The translations under genes and the position numbers were made by a program. DNA of 64,000 nucleotides, taken from Phototrophicaceae bacterium. Lineage in GTDB: Bacteria > Chloroflexota > Anaerolineae > Aggregatilineales > Phototrophicaceae. The notes under the pieces are model-generated. The model was not told where the DNA came from. It saw nothing but the letters and a program-made list of their open reading frames with translations, and did not search any database. The stretch is taken from assembly GCA_965205125.1 (NCBI GenBank), contig CBDBFY010000003.1:1240179-1304178 (forward strand), written 5' to 3'. Shown in pieces: positions 50,436 to 59,731 of this stretch (the first letter of the stretch is position 1; every line of letters begins with the position of its first letter).

Positions 50436-50487
50436 TTATCCCAAGTCCTCTCGCCTTTATCCCAAGAATTTTGCGATATATCCCTTG
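50436..50487 (-). promoter_or_regulatory. Three phased direct repeats CTTGGGATAA / CTTGGGATAA / CAAGGGATATA at exactly 21 bp spacing
   Basis: The plus strand reads TTATCCCAAG at 50436-50445, TTATCCCAAG at 50457-50466 and TATATCCCTTG at 50477-50487. They lie 105-155 nt upstream of the YfhO-flippase start in sense orientation. Confidence 0.55.
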
Positions 50488-50787
50488 CGCAGCCGTCGAT
50501 TCGGTCTAGAATGGACAGTATCCGAGCGCCCGATCTAGCTCGCGGCGACTTGAAAATGCGATATCGAGCGTGCCAAGCGAGTCTTGCAGAAGGCATCCTC
50601 GCCAGGAACAGGCCCCTTCCGTCGCGCCCTGTCTAGGCGCTGCCAGAAAAGGCGGGAAGGGTGAGCGAAGCGCCGGCGGTCGGTATCGAATGAGAACGGA
50701 AATGAACATGTTAAGGCTTGCGGGAGGGGACTCATCATTACTACCAAGCTGGCAGAACTCAAGCAGCATCCCCTAAGGGAAACGACC

Positions 50788-53700
50788 ATGGCAAATAGCT
50801 TGTTCGACAACCGCTACCGCTACGACTACATCTACCCGCGCGGCCGCTCGGGCGAGACATTGCGCGCAGTCGATACCGCCGCCGATGACCGCCCCGTCGT
50901 CATCAAGCGCCCCAACCCAAACGACGCGCCGCCCATCCGCGCGGGCCAGGAAGTCAGCATCATCAACGAACGCGAAGCGCTCAAGCGGCTCGCCGGGCAT
51001 CCCGTTTTGACCGAACTGCTCGGCAGCGGCCAATTCTTCGTCGGCGGCATCCCCCAGCAATACATCGTCATGGAACGCGCCGAAGGACATGTCATTGCAG
51101 ATGAAATCGTCCGCCTCGCCGGGCAGCATCAACGCCTGCCCGAGCTCGAAATGCTGGAAATCCTCGAGCGTCTGATCGACCTTCTGCGAGCCGCGCACGA
51201 CCTGGACATAGTCTACAACGATGTCGATGCCAAGCACCTCTTTTGGAACCGTGAGCGCTACGAACTTAAGGTGATCGACTGGGGCAACGCCGTCTTCCTC
51301 GAAGGCGATGAAGCCACCCTGGCTGGCATCAGCCGCCAAAGCGATATCTACCAAATGGGCGAGCTGATTTACTTCATTCTTTCCGGCGGCTATCGCGTCG
51401 AGGTCCCGCGCGATGCCGACGCCGATTTCCGCGTCGACTTCCATCAAGACAGCGATTCCATCGACCCGCGCCTGCAAGCGATCGTCACCCGCGCCGTGCA
51501 CCCCAATCTGCGTTACCGCTACGCCTCGCTCAGCGAATTGAATGCCGACCTGCTGCGTTATCGCAGCCCGCTGGAACAAGACCGCAACTCCATCGTCTCC
51601 CGCACCATTGACAAGCTCCGCAAGCCCGATCTCAGCCGCAACGATTTGCAGGCGCTGCAAACCAATCTGAAAATCGCCCTGCGCCAGAACCCCGCCTATC
51701 CCGCCGCGCGCAACGCCCACCAGGAAATCATCGACCGCATGCGCGATCTCGAAGTCGCGGCCGATCTCGACGCCGTCCGCATCTATATGCGGAACCACAA
51801 CTGGGCGAGCGCCGCCGATCTTCTAGCGGAACTTCGTGGACGCGCCGGCAGCAAAACCGGCGGCTTGGTGCACCTCCTGCTGGATTGGTGCCTGATGCTG
51901 ACGGACAGCCAACTCAGCGTCGCGCCCGCCTCCGTGTCAGACGCGGCCGAATTGCTCTTCAAATACAAAGCGGATAAAGCCGCCAACACGCTCCTGTCGG
52001 GTCCGGCGCTGGACGAAAACCACCGGCTGTTGAACTGGCGCCTGGCCGAGCGCGTCTCGTCGCATTTCCCCGATGTGCTGCTGCTTCGGCCCAACCTCTA
52101 TCGGCTCGATAGCGCCATACAGCAGTTGGCGGCGGAAGACATCCCAATTGACGAGCCACTGAGCATTCTGGCTGGCATTAACCGTGCGCTGGACCAGACC
52201 ACCGGCATCGAAGCGCCCGGGGCCGGGCAACTGCGTGATGTCTTTCGCGAAGTGGTCGAAAGCCTTTCCGCCCTCAACGCCAATCTGCAGACGCTCAGCC
52301 TGCAGCATGAATTCTCCGAAGGGCGCTTGCCGCTCAACGCCCTCACGCGCGCGCTCAACGCCGCCATGGCGCTGGCGGACAATATGCATGTCGTTGGCAA
52401 AGCGGCCGCCAACAACCCGCGCGACGCCCTCTCCGCCCTCGACGCCAGCAACGCCATTGATCCGGCCAACCCGGCTTGGGTTAAAATCGAGGATTTCCTC
52501 AGCCTGCTCTACGAAATCTTGCAGAACAGCCAGACCTTTGTGCCCGCCGCCGATGGCTCCGATCTCGAGCGCTGGCTGACGGCTACGCACGACGAGCTCG
52601 AGCCATTCGCCAGCCAACTATTTGACGAGATGCTGACAGAGATGCTCGCTGGCATATCGACCGCGCAAGTCGCCTGGAAGCGCTATCGTGATGTGATCGT
52701 CGCCGGCGACAAAACCGAAGCAACCGGCGTGTTGACGCGCGCCGCCGAAACCGTCAGCACCATCAGCCCCACCCTCTCGAGCTGGTTTAACCAACTGGCC
52801 AGCGTGGTGGAAAACGCCAGCTATGTCGAACGCCACTCGGTTCCGGGCCACTTGGGAAGGACGCTGGCTGACGGCTGGGCTGCCTTTGATCAGGGGCAAC
52901 TGGCCGACGCGCAGCGGCTTGGCCAGCAAGCGATGGAAATCGCCCGCAGCGACAGCGAGCAATTCATCGCCGAACGCCTCTGGCGCGTTTCACGCGTCTT
53001 GCGCGATTGGGTCGAGCGCAACGGCGTCGAAAGCGAAAGCCGTACGCAGCAGGCGCTAATCGATGTGGAAGACCTGTTTACCGAGCACGAAAACCGCGTC
53101 ATTAACAGCTTCGCTACCCAGATGCCCAGCACCGAGACTTACCTCAAAGCGATGGCGCAAGGCTTGGTGCAAGGTTTCGCCACCACGAACACCGCGGCGC
53201 TGCGCATTCTCTTCGCCCATTACATCTTCTCCGGCGTCCTCGACGCCCACGACGGCGCCATTGATGACGCCCGCTTTTGGCATGCCGCCTGCCTGCGCGC
53301 CCTCCCCGAATTCGCCGAACGGCATATCGCCCTGCGCAAGCTCGACGAGTTCATCGAACGCCGCGACAGCTTGATCGCCGCCCAGAACATCTTCGCCGAA
53401 CTCACCGGACCCCACATCACCGACAGCCTCGGCGAGCTCCTGCGCCAGCTCGAGAACAATCCGCAGTCGCGCCTGTTGACGCCGGGCATCCAAAGCCTGA
53501 AGGCATTGGAATCGGCGCTGCAAGATTGGGCTGACGCCGAGTTTCGCGCCGCTGGCAACAAAATCGAACAAGTGCTGCGCAGCATCACCGAAGCCGAATC
53601 CAACGCCAATATCAGCATGCAGGCTTACCGCGCCTGGATGATGGAGCTGCAAGCGGCGCTGGCCGAATTGAGCGTCAAACGGCGCAACCTGCTAAGTGAA

Positions 53701-55068
53701 ATTGACCGCCAGCATGACGAGCCACAGCCGAGCATTCGCGAAGCCATCCACCTGCAAGCCGATGTCACCGAAGACTTGCTGGGTTACAAGCACGCGCAGA
53801 TGATGCTGGGCTGGCGCGATACTTACGAAGCCTTCGTCTCGATCTATTCCGGCGACAAAAGCCGCAAAGAGAAACTCGAGGCGATGGACGAGCTCTTCAA
53901 AGCGATGTTTATCGACCGCAACCCGGCCTATCCCCTCTTCCGCCATTGGTATCGTCAAGTCGAAGCCCTGCCGGAAGAAGCGCCGGAAACGCCAGAAATC
54001 GAGCCGGAAGACCAACCGACCGCCCCGGCGCCGGCGCCCGTTGAGCAGGCGCAATTGACCGAGCCAGCGCCCCCGCCGGAAACGGAAGCGCAGCCAGCCG
54101 GGGTCAACCGCTGGGCTTTTAATGCCGCCCTCCTGATTGGCATCGTTCTCGTCATTGGCGGGCTGCTCTCGCTAGCTGGCAACGGCCGCCTCGGGGACCT
54201 CCTGGCTGCGATCATTCCCGCCTCTTCTCCCACCGTCTCCGCTGCGGAAACAGCGCCCGACCCGTCGGCCAGCGGCGAGGCTCGTGAATCCGAAGCGCCG
54301 GCGGTCAATCCCGCGCCAGCAGCCGACGAATCCGCGGAGCTCAGCGAGAACGCCCCCGCCCCGACATCCGCCCCCGCCGCGATCGCTCTTGCCGAGCCAA
54401 CCGCCATCCCCAGCGAGATCCCGACGCTGGCTCGCAGCGAAGCGCCGACGCCCTTGCCCACCGCCATTCTGCCGCCGGAGGGATTGAAAGGCGCGCAGAA
54501 TTTGCTCGATCTTTTCGCCGAAGCAACTTCGACGCCTTTCTGGGATGAGGAAGTATTCAGCGGCGTCGGCAGCTCCTGGCGCCTGGGACGCAGCGCCGCC
54601 GCCGACGGCGACACGATCTACCACGCCCTGCCGGCCGACCTGCTGGACAGCCGCTTTGGCAATGACGCGCCCGCCCGCATCAATCGGGTTCAAGCCGAGC
54701 TCGCCTTGCACAGCACCGATCCGGCGCTCGCCGCTGAGGACGTTTATTTCGGCATTTTGCTGCAAAACGCCGCTGGCGAGGGCAGTTCCGGCATTCAGAT
54801 TCAGCAAGTCAGCCCAGACGTCATCAGCCTCGCGCTAATCAAAAACGGAGAAGCCGACTTCATCAGCCAGCGTTCGGTCAACAATCTGATCACGCGCCTG
54901 CGCCTGGATCGCGACCCGTCTTCCGGCGCCGTCCACGCCTACTTCAATGATTCGCGCATCGGCGAGCCTATGGAGCTTTTGCCCCCCGATGCCCCGCTCG
55001 AACCGGTCATCTTCGTCAAAGACGGCGTCGTCATCGGTGTCTCCGCCTGGGAAATCACGCTGGAATAA
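50788..55068 (+). CDS. 1426-aa membrane protein with N-terminal atypical eukaryotic-like protein kinase domain, ~850-aa helical region, TM helix and extracytoplasmic Ala/Pro-rich + C-terminal domain
   Basis: VVIKRPN (VAIK-like Lys), EREALKRL (alpha-C Glu), IVYNDVDAKHLFW (catalytic loop variant) and VIDWGNAVF (DFG replaced by DWG). TM helix at WAFNAALLIGIVLVIGGLLSLAG. Confidence 0.75.
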   Translation: MANSLFDNRYRYDYIYPRGRSGETLRAVDTAADDRPVVIKRPNPNDAPPIRAGQEVSIINEREALKRLAGHPVLTELLGSGQFFVGGIPQQYIVMERAEGHVIADEIVRLAGQHQRLPELEMLEILERLIDLLRAAHDLDIVYNDVDAKHLFWNRERYELKVIDWGNAVFLEGDEATLAGISRQSDIYQMGELIYFILSGGYRVEVPRDADADFRVDFHQDSDSIDPRLQAIVTRAVHPNLRYRYASLSELNADLLRYRSPLEQDRNSIVSRTIDKLRKPDLSRNDLQALQTNLKIALRQNPAYPAARNAHQEIIDRMRDLEVAADLDAVRIYMRNHNWASAADLLAELRGRAGSKTGGLVHLLLDWCLMLTDSQLSVAPASVSDAAELLFKYKADKAANTLLSGPALDENHRLLNWRLAERVSSHFPDVLLLRPNLYRLDSAIQQLAAEDIPIDEPLSILAGINRALDQTTGIEAPGAGQLRDVFREVVESLSALNANLQTLSLQHEFSEGRLPLNALTRALNAAMALADNMHVVGKAAANNPRDALSALDASNAIDPANPAWVKIEDFLSLLYEILQNSQTFVPAADGSDLERWLTATHDELEPFASQLFDEMLTEMLAGISTAQVAWKRYRDVIVAGDKTEATGVLTRAAETVSTISPTLSSWFNQLASVVENASYVERHSVPGHLGRTLADGWAAFDQGQLADAQRLGQQAMEIARSDSEQFIAERLWRVSRVLRDWVERNGVESESRTQQALIDVEDLFTEHENRVINSFATQMPSTETYLKAMAQGLVQGFATTNTAALRILFAHYIFSGVLDAHDGAIDDARFWHAACLRALPEFAERHIALRKLDEFIERRDSLIAAQNIFAELTGPHITDSLGELLRQLENNPQSRLLTPGIQSLKALESALQDWADAEFRAAGNKIEQVLRSITEAESNANISMQAYRAWMMELQAALAELSVKRRNLLSEIDRQHDEPQPSIREAIHLQADVTEDLLGYKHAQMMLGWRDTYEAFVSIYSGDKSRKEKLEAMDELFKAMFIDRNPAYPLFRHWYRQVEALPEEAPETPEIEPEDQPTAPAPAPVEQAQLTEPAPPPETEAQPAGVNRWAFNAALLIGIVLVIGGLLSLAGNGRLGDLLAAIIPASSPTVSAAETAPDPSASGEARESEAPAVNPAPAADESAELSENAPAPTSAPAAIALAEPTAIPSEIPTLARSEAPTPLPTAILPPEGLKGAQNLLDLFAEATSTPFWDEEVFSGVGSSWRLGRSAAADGDTIYHALPADLLDSRFGNDAPARINRVQAELALHSTDPALAAEDVYFGILLQNAAGEGSSGIQIQQVSPDVISLALIKNGEADFISQRSVNNLITRLRLDRDPSSGAVHAYFNDSRIGEPMELLPPDAPLEPVIFVKDGVVIGVSAWEITLE

Positions 55069-55094
55069 ATCACCCGCCACGCCCATAAGGACGC

Positions 55095-55273
55095 TGTTGG
55101 GGCAACCCTTGTGTCGCCCAAAGCCCGCCCATTCTGTAGCAGGCCAAGGAAGGTTCGCGTCGCCTTGCGCGAAAGGTCGCACGCCCATAAACGAATCTGT
55201 AGGGGCGACATTGTATGTCGCCCAAAAGCCCGCCCTTTTCCCAAGACAGGCGACTCACAGAGTCGCCCCTACA
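55095..55273. repeat. Cluster of four REP units (two degenerate, one inverted)
   Basis: tgttggggcaacccttgtgtcgccc (55095-55119), a degenerate unit at 55135-55164, tgtaggggcgacattgtatgtcgccc (55198-55223) and ggcgactcacagagtcgcccctaca (55249-55273, reverse). Confidence 0.75.
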
Positions 55274-55340
55274 ACATTCGATTGTGACGGGCTGTGTCGG
55301 CGGCCGATGCATGCGCGACCTGCGCGACCCTTGCGTCGCC

Positions 55341-55387
55341 CTCTCGGTGACCTCACTTTTACTCGGTGTACTCGGTGGTAAAAAAAT
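55341..55387 (+). repeat. CTCYGYG-repeat promoter-like element (family copy E), ends in TGGTAAAAA
   Basis: ctctcggtgacctcacttttactcggtgtactcggtggtaaaaaaa. Confidence 0.4.
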
Positions 55388-55491
55388 CTACGACGCCCGC
55401 CACAGGCGAATACCCGCCATGTCTCCATGACGGGCGATGCTTGTTTCCGCGGATTCGTTATTCCGCGCGCGCCGTGTCCTTACGCGCGAAC

Positions 55492-56472
55492 CTACTCCGC
55501 CAGCTTGTCCGCCTCGCGCGCATCGACGCCGTTCCCGCCATTCGACAGCGCCGCGCCCGCGCCCATCGTGCTGACGAAACTCTGGGCGATGCTCGTCAAT
55601 TCCATCGGCAGCACGAACTTGGTCGACGGGCTGCTGCCGACCTTTTCCAGCATGTCCATATATTGCAGCGCCATCGTCTTGCCATCGACATCGCGCGCCT
55701 GCTCATAGATCGCCTTCAACGCCATGGCAAAGCCTTCGGCCGTCAGCAATTGCGCTTCTCGCTCGCCTTCCGCTTTTAAGATCTGCGATTGCTTCTGCCC
55801 CTCCGCCTCCAGGATCGCCGACTGCTTGCTGCCTTCGGCGCGGGCGATGGCCGCCTGCCGCTCGCCTTCCGCCAGCGTTACCTCAGCGCGGCGCTCGCGT
55901 TCGGCGCTCATCTGCCGATTCATCGATTCCTGAATCGCCCGCGGCGGCTCAATCTCGCGGATTTCAACGGTCGTGATCTTCATGCCCCAGCGCTCGGTCG
56001 TCTCGTCCAGCTTGACCCGCAGCACATCGTTGATCTGGTCGCGGCGGGAAAGCACATCATCCAGCACGATATCGCCGATCACGGCGCGCAATGTCGTGGT
56101 CGCGATCTTGCCGGTCGCTTCCACCACATCTTCGACCTTGGTTACCGACAGCTCCGGATCGGTGATGCGGTAGTAGACCAGAAAATCGATGCCGATCGAG
56201 GCGTTGTCCTTGGTGATGGCGGTCTGCGACGGGATGTCGATGATCGTCTCCCGCATGTCCACTTTGGTCGCCGATTCCACAAAAGGGATGACGAAGGTCA
56301 AGCCCGGGCCGCGCACAGTCTTGAAGCGCCCGATGAAAAAGATGACCAGCCGATCATATTCCTTGACCGCGCGAATCGAACTCCGCAACAGCATGAAAAT
56401 CGCCAATACTACGATGACGAGCAATATGCCGCTAAAGCCCGCGCCCAATGCCTGTGTTAATTCCCCATTCAT
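55492..56472 (-). CDS. SPFH/Band 7 (stomatin-like) protein
   Basis: N-terminal TM helix, then YDRLVIFFIGRF...GPGLTFVIPF...ITKDNASIGIDFLVYYRI and a coiled-coil AE-rich C-terminus. Confidence 0.9.
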   Translation of the reverse strand: MNGELTQALGAGFSGILLVIVVLAIFMLLRSSIRAVKEYDRLVIFFIGRFKTVRGPGLTFVIPFVESATKVDMRETIIDIPSQTAITKDNASIGIDFLVYYRITDPELSVTKVEDVVEATGKIATTTLRAVIGDIVLDDVLSRRDQINDVLRVKLDETTERWGMKITTVEIREIEPPRAIQESMNRQMSAERERRAEVTLAEGERQAAIARAEGSKQSAILEAEGQKQSQILKAEGEREAQLLTAEGFAMALKAIYEQARDVDGKTMALQYMDMLEKVGSSPSTKFVLPMELTSIAQSFVSTMGAGAALSNGGNGVDAREADKLAE

Positions 56473-56526
56473 ATCTCACTCCTCTTTGTTTAACCGCTTA
56501 CGAATCTTGCCTATCCTTCTGCGAAG

Positions 56527-57129
56527 CTACTCGTCTTCCAGCCGCTTCGCCTTCTTGACTTGCAGCTCCAAACCATCCTGGCCGGTCACAACGATCTCGG
56601 CGCCGCTCTCCAGCCGCGAGCGACTGCGCGCCGTCCATAGCTCGCCATGCACCTGGACTGTGCCGCGATCTTCAATCTCCGCCACCACCCGGCCGCGCTC
56701 CCCGACCAGGAAGGCGTCCTTCTGCGTCGATGAAAGCGTTCGCTGCTGCATCAGCACCGAGCGCAGAATCGTCCGATGATATGCCCAAGCCACAATCAAG
56801 CCCAGCACAATCCATATCGGCGAAACCGCCCCCTCGGCGAATAGGAATAAGCTGGCGACCGCCTGTATCGCCAAGCCGCCGATGGCAAAACGCTCCCACT
56901 CCGACTTGAGCAGCGGCAGCAAAAAGAAGAGCGACGCGCCAATCACCAGCGCGATCACGGCGATCCAGTTGGCGGCCGCCTGGCTCAGCAAGAACAGCGT
57001 GCCGATAATCAGCGCCGCGCCGCCGACCTCGGCCACGCCCGTTCCCGGAATATAGGTGCCGGTCGCGCTGATCCACAATCCAGCCATCAGCAGCAGATAA
57101 ATCACGTTAGGATCTGTGAGGAATTCCAT
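56527..57129 (-). CDS. NfeD-family membrane protein (short form, C-terminal OB-fold)
   Basis: Four TM helices followed by GERGRVVAEIEDRGTVQVHGELWTARS...VVTGQDGLELQV. Lies upstream of the SPFH gene. Trimmed to the ATG at 57129. Confidence 0.85.
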   Translation of the reverse strand: MEFLTDPNVIYLLLMAGLWISATGTYIPGTGVAEVGGAALIIGTLFLLSQAAANWIAVIALVIGASLFFLLPLLKSEWERFAIGGLAIQAVASLFLFAEGAVSPIWIVLGLIVAWAYHRTILRSVLMQQRTLSSTQKDAFLVGERGRVVAEIEDRGTVQVHGELWTARSRSRLESGAEIVVTGQDGLELQVKKAKRLEDE

Positions 57130-57139
57130 GATGACGCCC

Positions 57140-57313
57140 CTACCCCGCAGCTGCCGCAAGCGCGCACAGCACCAGGATAATGATGATTGCCCAGAAACCC
57201 AAACTAAGCAGGAAGGACAGCACGGCGATCACCGCCCCAATCAGCCCGGCAAGCAAGCCAAGAATAGCGCCCCGAAAGACAAAAGCCAGAATCAGCAACA
57301 CCAGACAACCCAT
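57140..57313 (-). CDS. Unlisted 57-aa hydrophobic two-TM peptide heading the nfeD-SPFH operon
   Basis: Hand translation gives MGCLVLLILAFVFRGAILGLLAGLIGAVIAVLSFLLSLGFWAIIIILVLCALAAAAG, then TAG. GGAGG lies 5 nt upstream of the ATG, and the stop lies 10 nt before the nfeD ATG. It falls below the 60-aa cutoff of the ORF track. Confidence 0.6.
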   Translation of the reverse strand: MGCLVLLILAFVFRGAILGLLAGLIGAVIAVLSFLLSLGFWAIIIILVLCALAAAAG

Positions 57314-57387
57314 CTGTACCTCCGCGCATCGCTTTAATTCTCAGTATACGGCATAAGTCGGCGCGTTCACCCCCAATTCCTGGGGTT

Positions 57388-58866
57388 CTAGTCGCCCGGA
57401 ACAGTCAGACGATAAGCGATGAAGCGATCGCGCGCATAATCCACCGCGACGCCAAATCCAGCCGCGTCCAGCGCCGCCAGCCATTCATCATGCGGCTGCT
57501 CAACCGGCGCGACCAGGTAGCGGTCTCCGATCTCTTCCAGCGCCAGCGCGCCAGCAACCAGCGCCGCGGCTGTCGGATAATGCACCATTCGCTTGTCGTG
57601 CCACTCGCCCAGATAATAGCCCAGCTCCCAGCCCAGCCAGGGATCGTAAATGACGGTCGCCACCGGTTTCGCCTTGAGATGACCCGCCAGCGCGTCAATA
57701 CCATCGTAAGTGCTGGGGTCGCCGCCGATGGCCGAGCCCGCATTCAAGCTCCATAGCCCGCCCGCCCCAATCAACGCCGCCAGTCCAAGACGCAGACCTT
57801 GTCGTCGCGCGCCGAATTCCGTCAAGCGGGCCATCTGACCGGCGACCAGCACAAAGAGCGGCGGCAAAATCAACAGTAGGTAGCGATCATAAAGATTGAA
57901 TGACAAAATCACCTGCGCGCCCAGGAAGCAAACGATATAGAGCAGCAGCGCCCGCTCGACCTTGAGCGCCCGATTGCCTGCCACAGCCTCGCGCAATCGA
58001 CCCGCGCCGATCAATACCGCCCCCAGGAGCAGCGTGCCCGTCACCAGCGGCGGACCCAGCAGCCACAGGCCGCGCCCAAGCCAGTGCTCCAGACGCCCCA
58101 GCCACAGCGCTGGCTCAACCAGCCAGGTCTCCGGCGAATTATTGACCGCCGCCTGCGCGAAGATGCTCGCCTCAGGCCGCGCGCCATCCCAGATCAGCAG
58201 CGCCGCGCTCAAGATTAGCAGGGGTAGCCACAAGCGCAGCCAATCTTGACGTTTCCCGCCGCGCGCCAGCAGGATCATGACCAGCAGCGGGGCAAAGAGC
58301 GCCGCCTGCTGCTTGCTCCACAAAGCCAGGCCCAGTGCCAAGCCACCCAGCCCCCAGCGACCGGCAAGCGCCATATACAGCGCCGCCGCCGACCAAAACA
58401 GCAGGCTCATGTCAGTCAAGCCGCTGGCGCCATAAACGAGCGTGTAGGGAGAAGCAGCCGCGATCAAACCAGCGAACAGCGCTGCCCAGCGGTCGCGATG
58501 AATCCGCCAGGCCAGCCGCATTAGCAGCGCCGTCAGCAGGATTGCCAGGAAGACATTCGACAGCCGGCCCGCGAACTCGCCCAAGCCCGTATCAAGATGC
58601 AGCACGCCATCTTCGTCCGCCGAGATCCCGACCGCAACCATGCTCAAGGCGCTGGAATAAATGGAGAGCGGCGGCTTGTCCAGCGGTCCCGGCAGCAGCC
58701 AATCACCGTTCACTGCGGCGCCGCGCGCGAAGGTCATGAAGAAGGCTTCATCGGGGAGGAAACGCAAGTCACGCGCAAGATGATGAAACTGGGCGCAGCT
58801 CGTCAACAAGAGGAGCAGAATTGGCGCAAGCAAGCGCCCGCCCGGCCTGAAACGTCTCTCAGCCAA
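57388..58866 (-). CDS. GT-C family glycosyltransferase (GT39/ArnT/PMT_2-like)
   Basis: About 12 TM helices, a first-loop acidic motif (LPDEAFF), and ArnT/PMT-like length and topology. TTG start. Confidence 0.65.
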   Translation of the reverse strand: MAERRFRPGGRLLAPILLLLLTSCAQFHHLARDLRFLPDEAFFMTFARGAAVNGDWLLPGPLDKPPLSIYSSALSMVAVGISADEDGVLHLDTGLGEFAGRLSNVFLAILLTALLMRLAWRIHRDRWAALFAGLIAAASPYTLVYGASGLTDMSLLFWSAAALYMALAGRWGLGGLALGLALWSKQQAALFAPLLVMILLARGGKRQDWLRLWLPLLILSAALLIWDGARPEASIFAQAAVNNSPETWLVEPALWLGRLEHWLGRGLWLLGPPLVTGTLLLGAVLIGAGRLREAVAGNRALKVERALLLYIVCFLGAQVILSFNLYDRYLLLILPPLFVLVAGQMARLTEFGARRQGLRLGLAALIGAGGLWSLNAGSAIGGDPSTYDGIDALAGHLKAKPVATVIYDPWLGWELGYYLGEWHDKRMVHYPTAAALVAGALALEEIGDRYLVAPVEQPHDEWLAALDAAGFGVAVDYARDRFIAYRLTVPGD

Positions 58867-59731
58867 AGCGCTGCCGAAGATACTCCAGAACGACGCGATC
58901 GATGGAATGTCGGTTCTTCTCGGGCGTCCAGCGCATTTCCAGATTCTCGTTGCCGATCAGCATCCGGAAAACTTGCAGGCACACTTCGTCCCAGACGCCG
59001 TTGATCTCGCCGGTCATATAGCCCTGCTCAATCATGATCGCCTGCAATTCGCGCGCGATGTCTTCATCAATCGGGATCGCGTCATCGGACCGCGGCGGCT
59101 GGAAATAGAGATGATGCAGCTTGACCAGCGCTATGAGGTCAGCCACCGGCTCCGCGGCATCATCAACCCGCAAATCGAGATAGCGATCGTTGTCGCCGCC
59201 ATAACCCCCATTCTGGCGCACCACTTGAACCGCCGCCGATTGCTTGCCGCGCTTGTCGCCGCCAGCGCTTTCACCGGCGCGCAAGGCGGCCGCCAAACGA
59301 TCAGCCAATTCGCCTTCGGCCCGCTGGAAGCCGGCCGCCATCGCCTCGATGACCGCTTCTCCCGTCAACAGATTGCCCTGAACCGAGAAGCCATCCCCAG
59401 TCTGATGCCCAGCCCATTCATGACACTCGCCGCCGGTGTGCGCGGCAACCCCGCCACGCGCGTCCACCAGCGCCACCTGACGCGTCTCCCGCCCCTCATC
59501 CGCCTCCAGCAGCTGGCGCAATGCCTCCGCCGCCGAGAGCCCCTCGCCCATCAGCGCCAAACCATCGGGTCCGAATCCGAGTTTGGCGTAGGACTGCGTC
59601 GCCACCGCGCCGGCGCCCGTCCGCGCCCAAGGCACCACCGCCCCAACCGCCGGAAACTTGCTCGCCACCGCCACGCCCCAAGCCTCTTCTTCCGCGCAAT
59701 AGGCGACGATGGAAAAGGTATGCACGCTCAT
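58859..59731 (-). CDS. DUF1028 (Ntn-hydrolase-like) protein with C-terminal peptidoglycan-binding-like domain
   Basis: MSVHTFSIVAY...WGVAVASKF...GAVATQS is a DUF1028 N-terminus. The C-terminus has IARELQAIMIEQGYMTGEINGVWDE. Confidence 0.8.
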   Translation of the reverse strand: MSVHTFSIVAYCAEEEAWGVAVASKFPAVGAVVPWARTGAGAVATQSYAKLGFGPDGLALMGEGLSAAEALRQLLEADEGRETRQVALVDARGGVAAHTGGECHEWAGHQTGDGFSVQGNLLTGEAVIEAMAAGFQRAEGELADRLAAALRAGESAGGDKRGKQSAAVQVVRQNGGYGGDNDRYLDLRVDDAAEPVADLIALVKLHHLYFQPPRSDDAIPIDEDIARELQAIMIEQGYMTGEINGVWDEVCLQVFRMLIGNENLEMRWTPEKNRHSIDRVVLEYLRQRFG

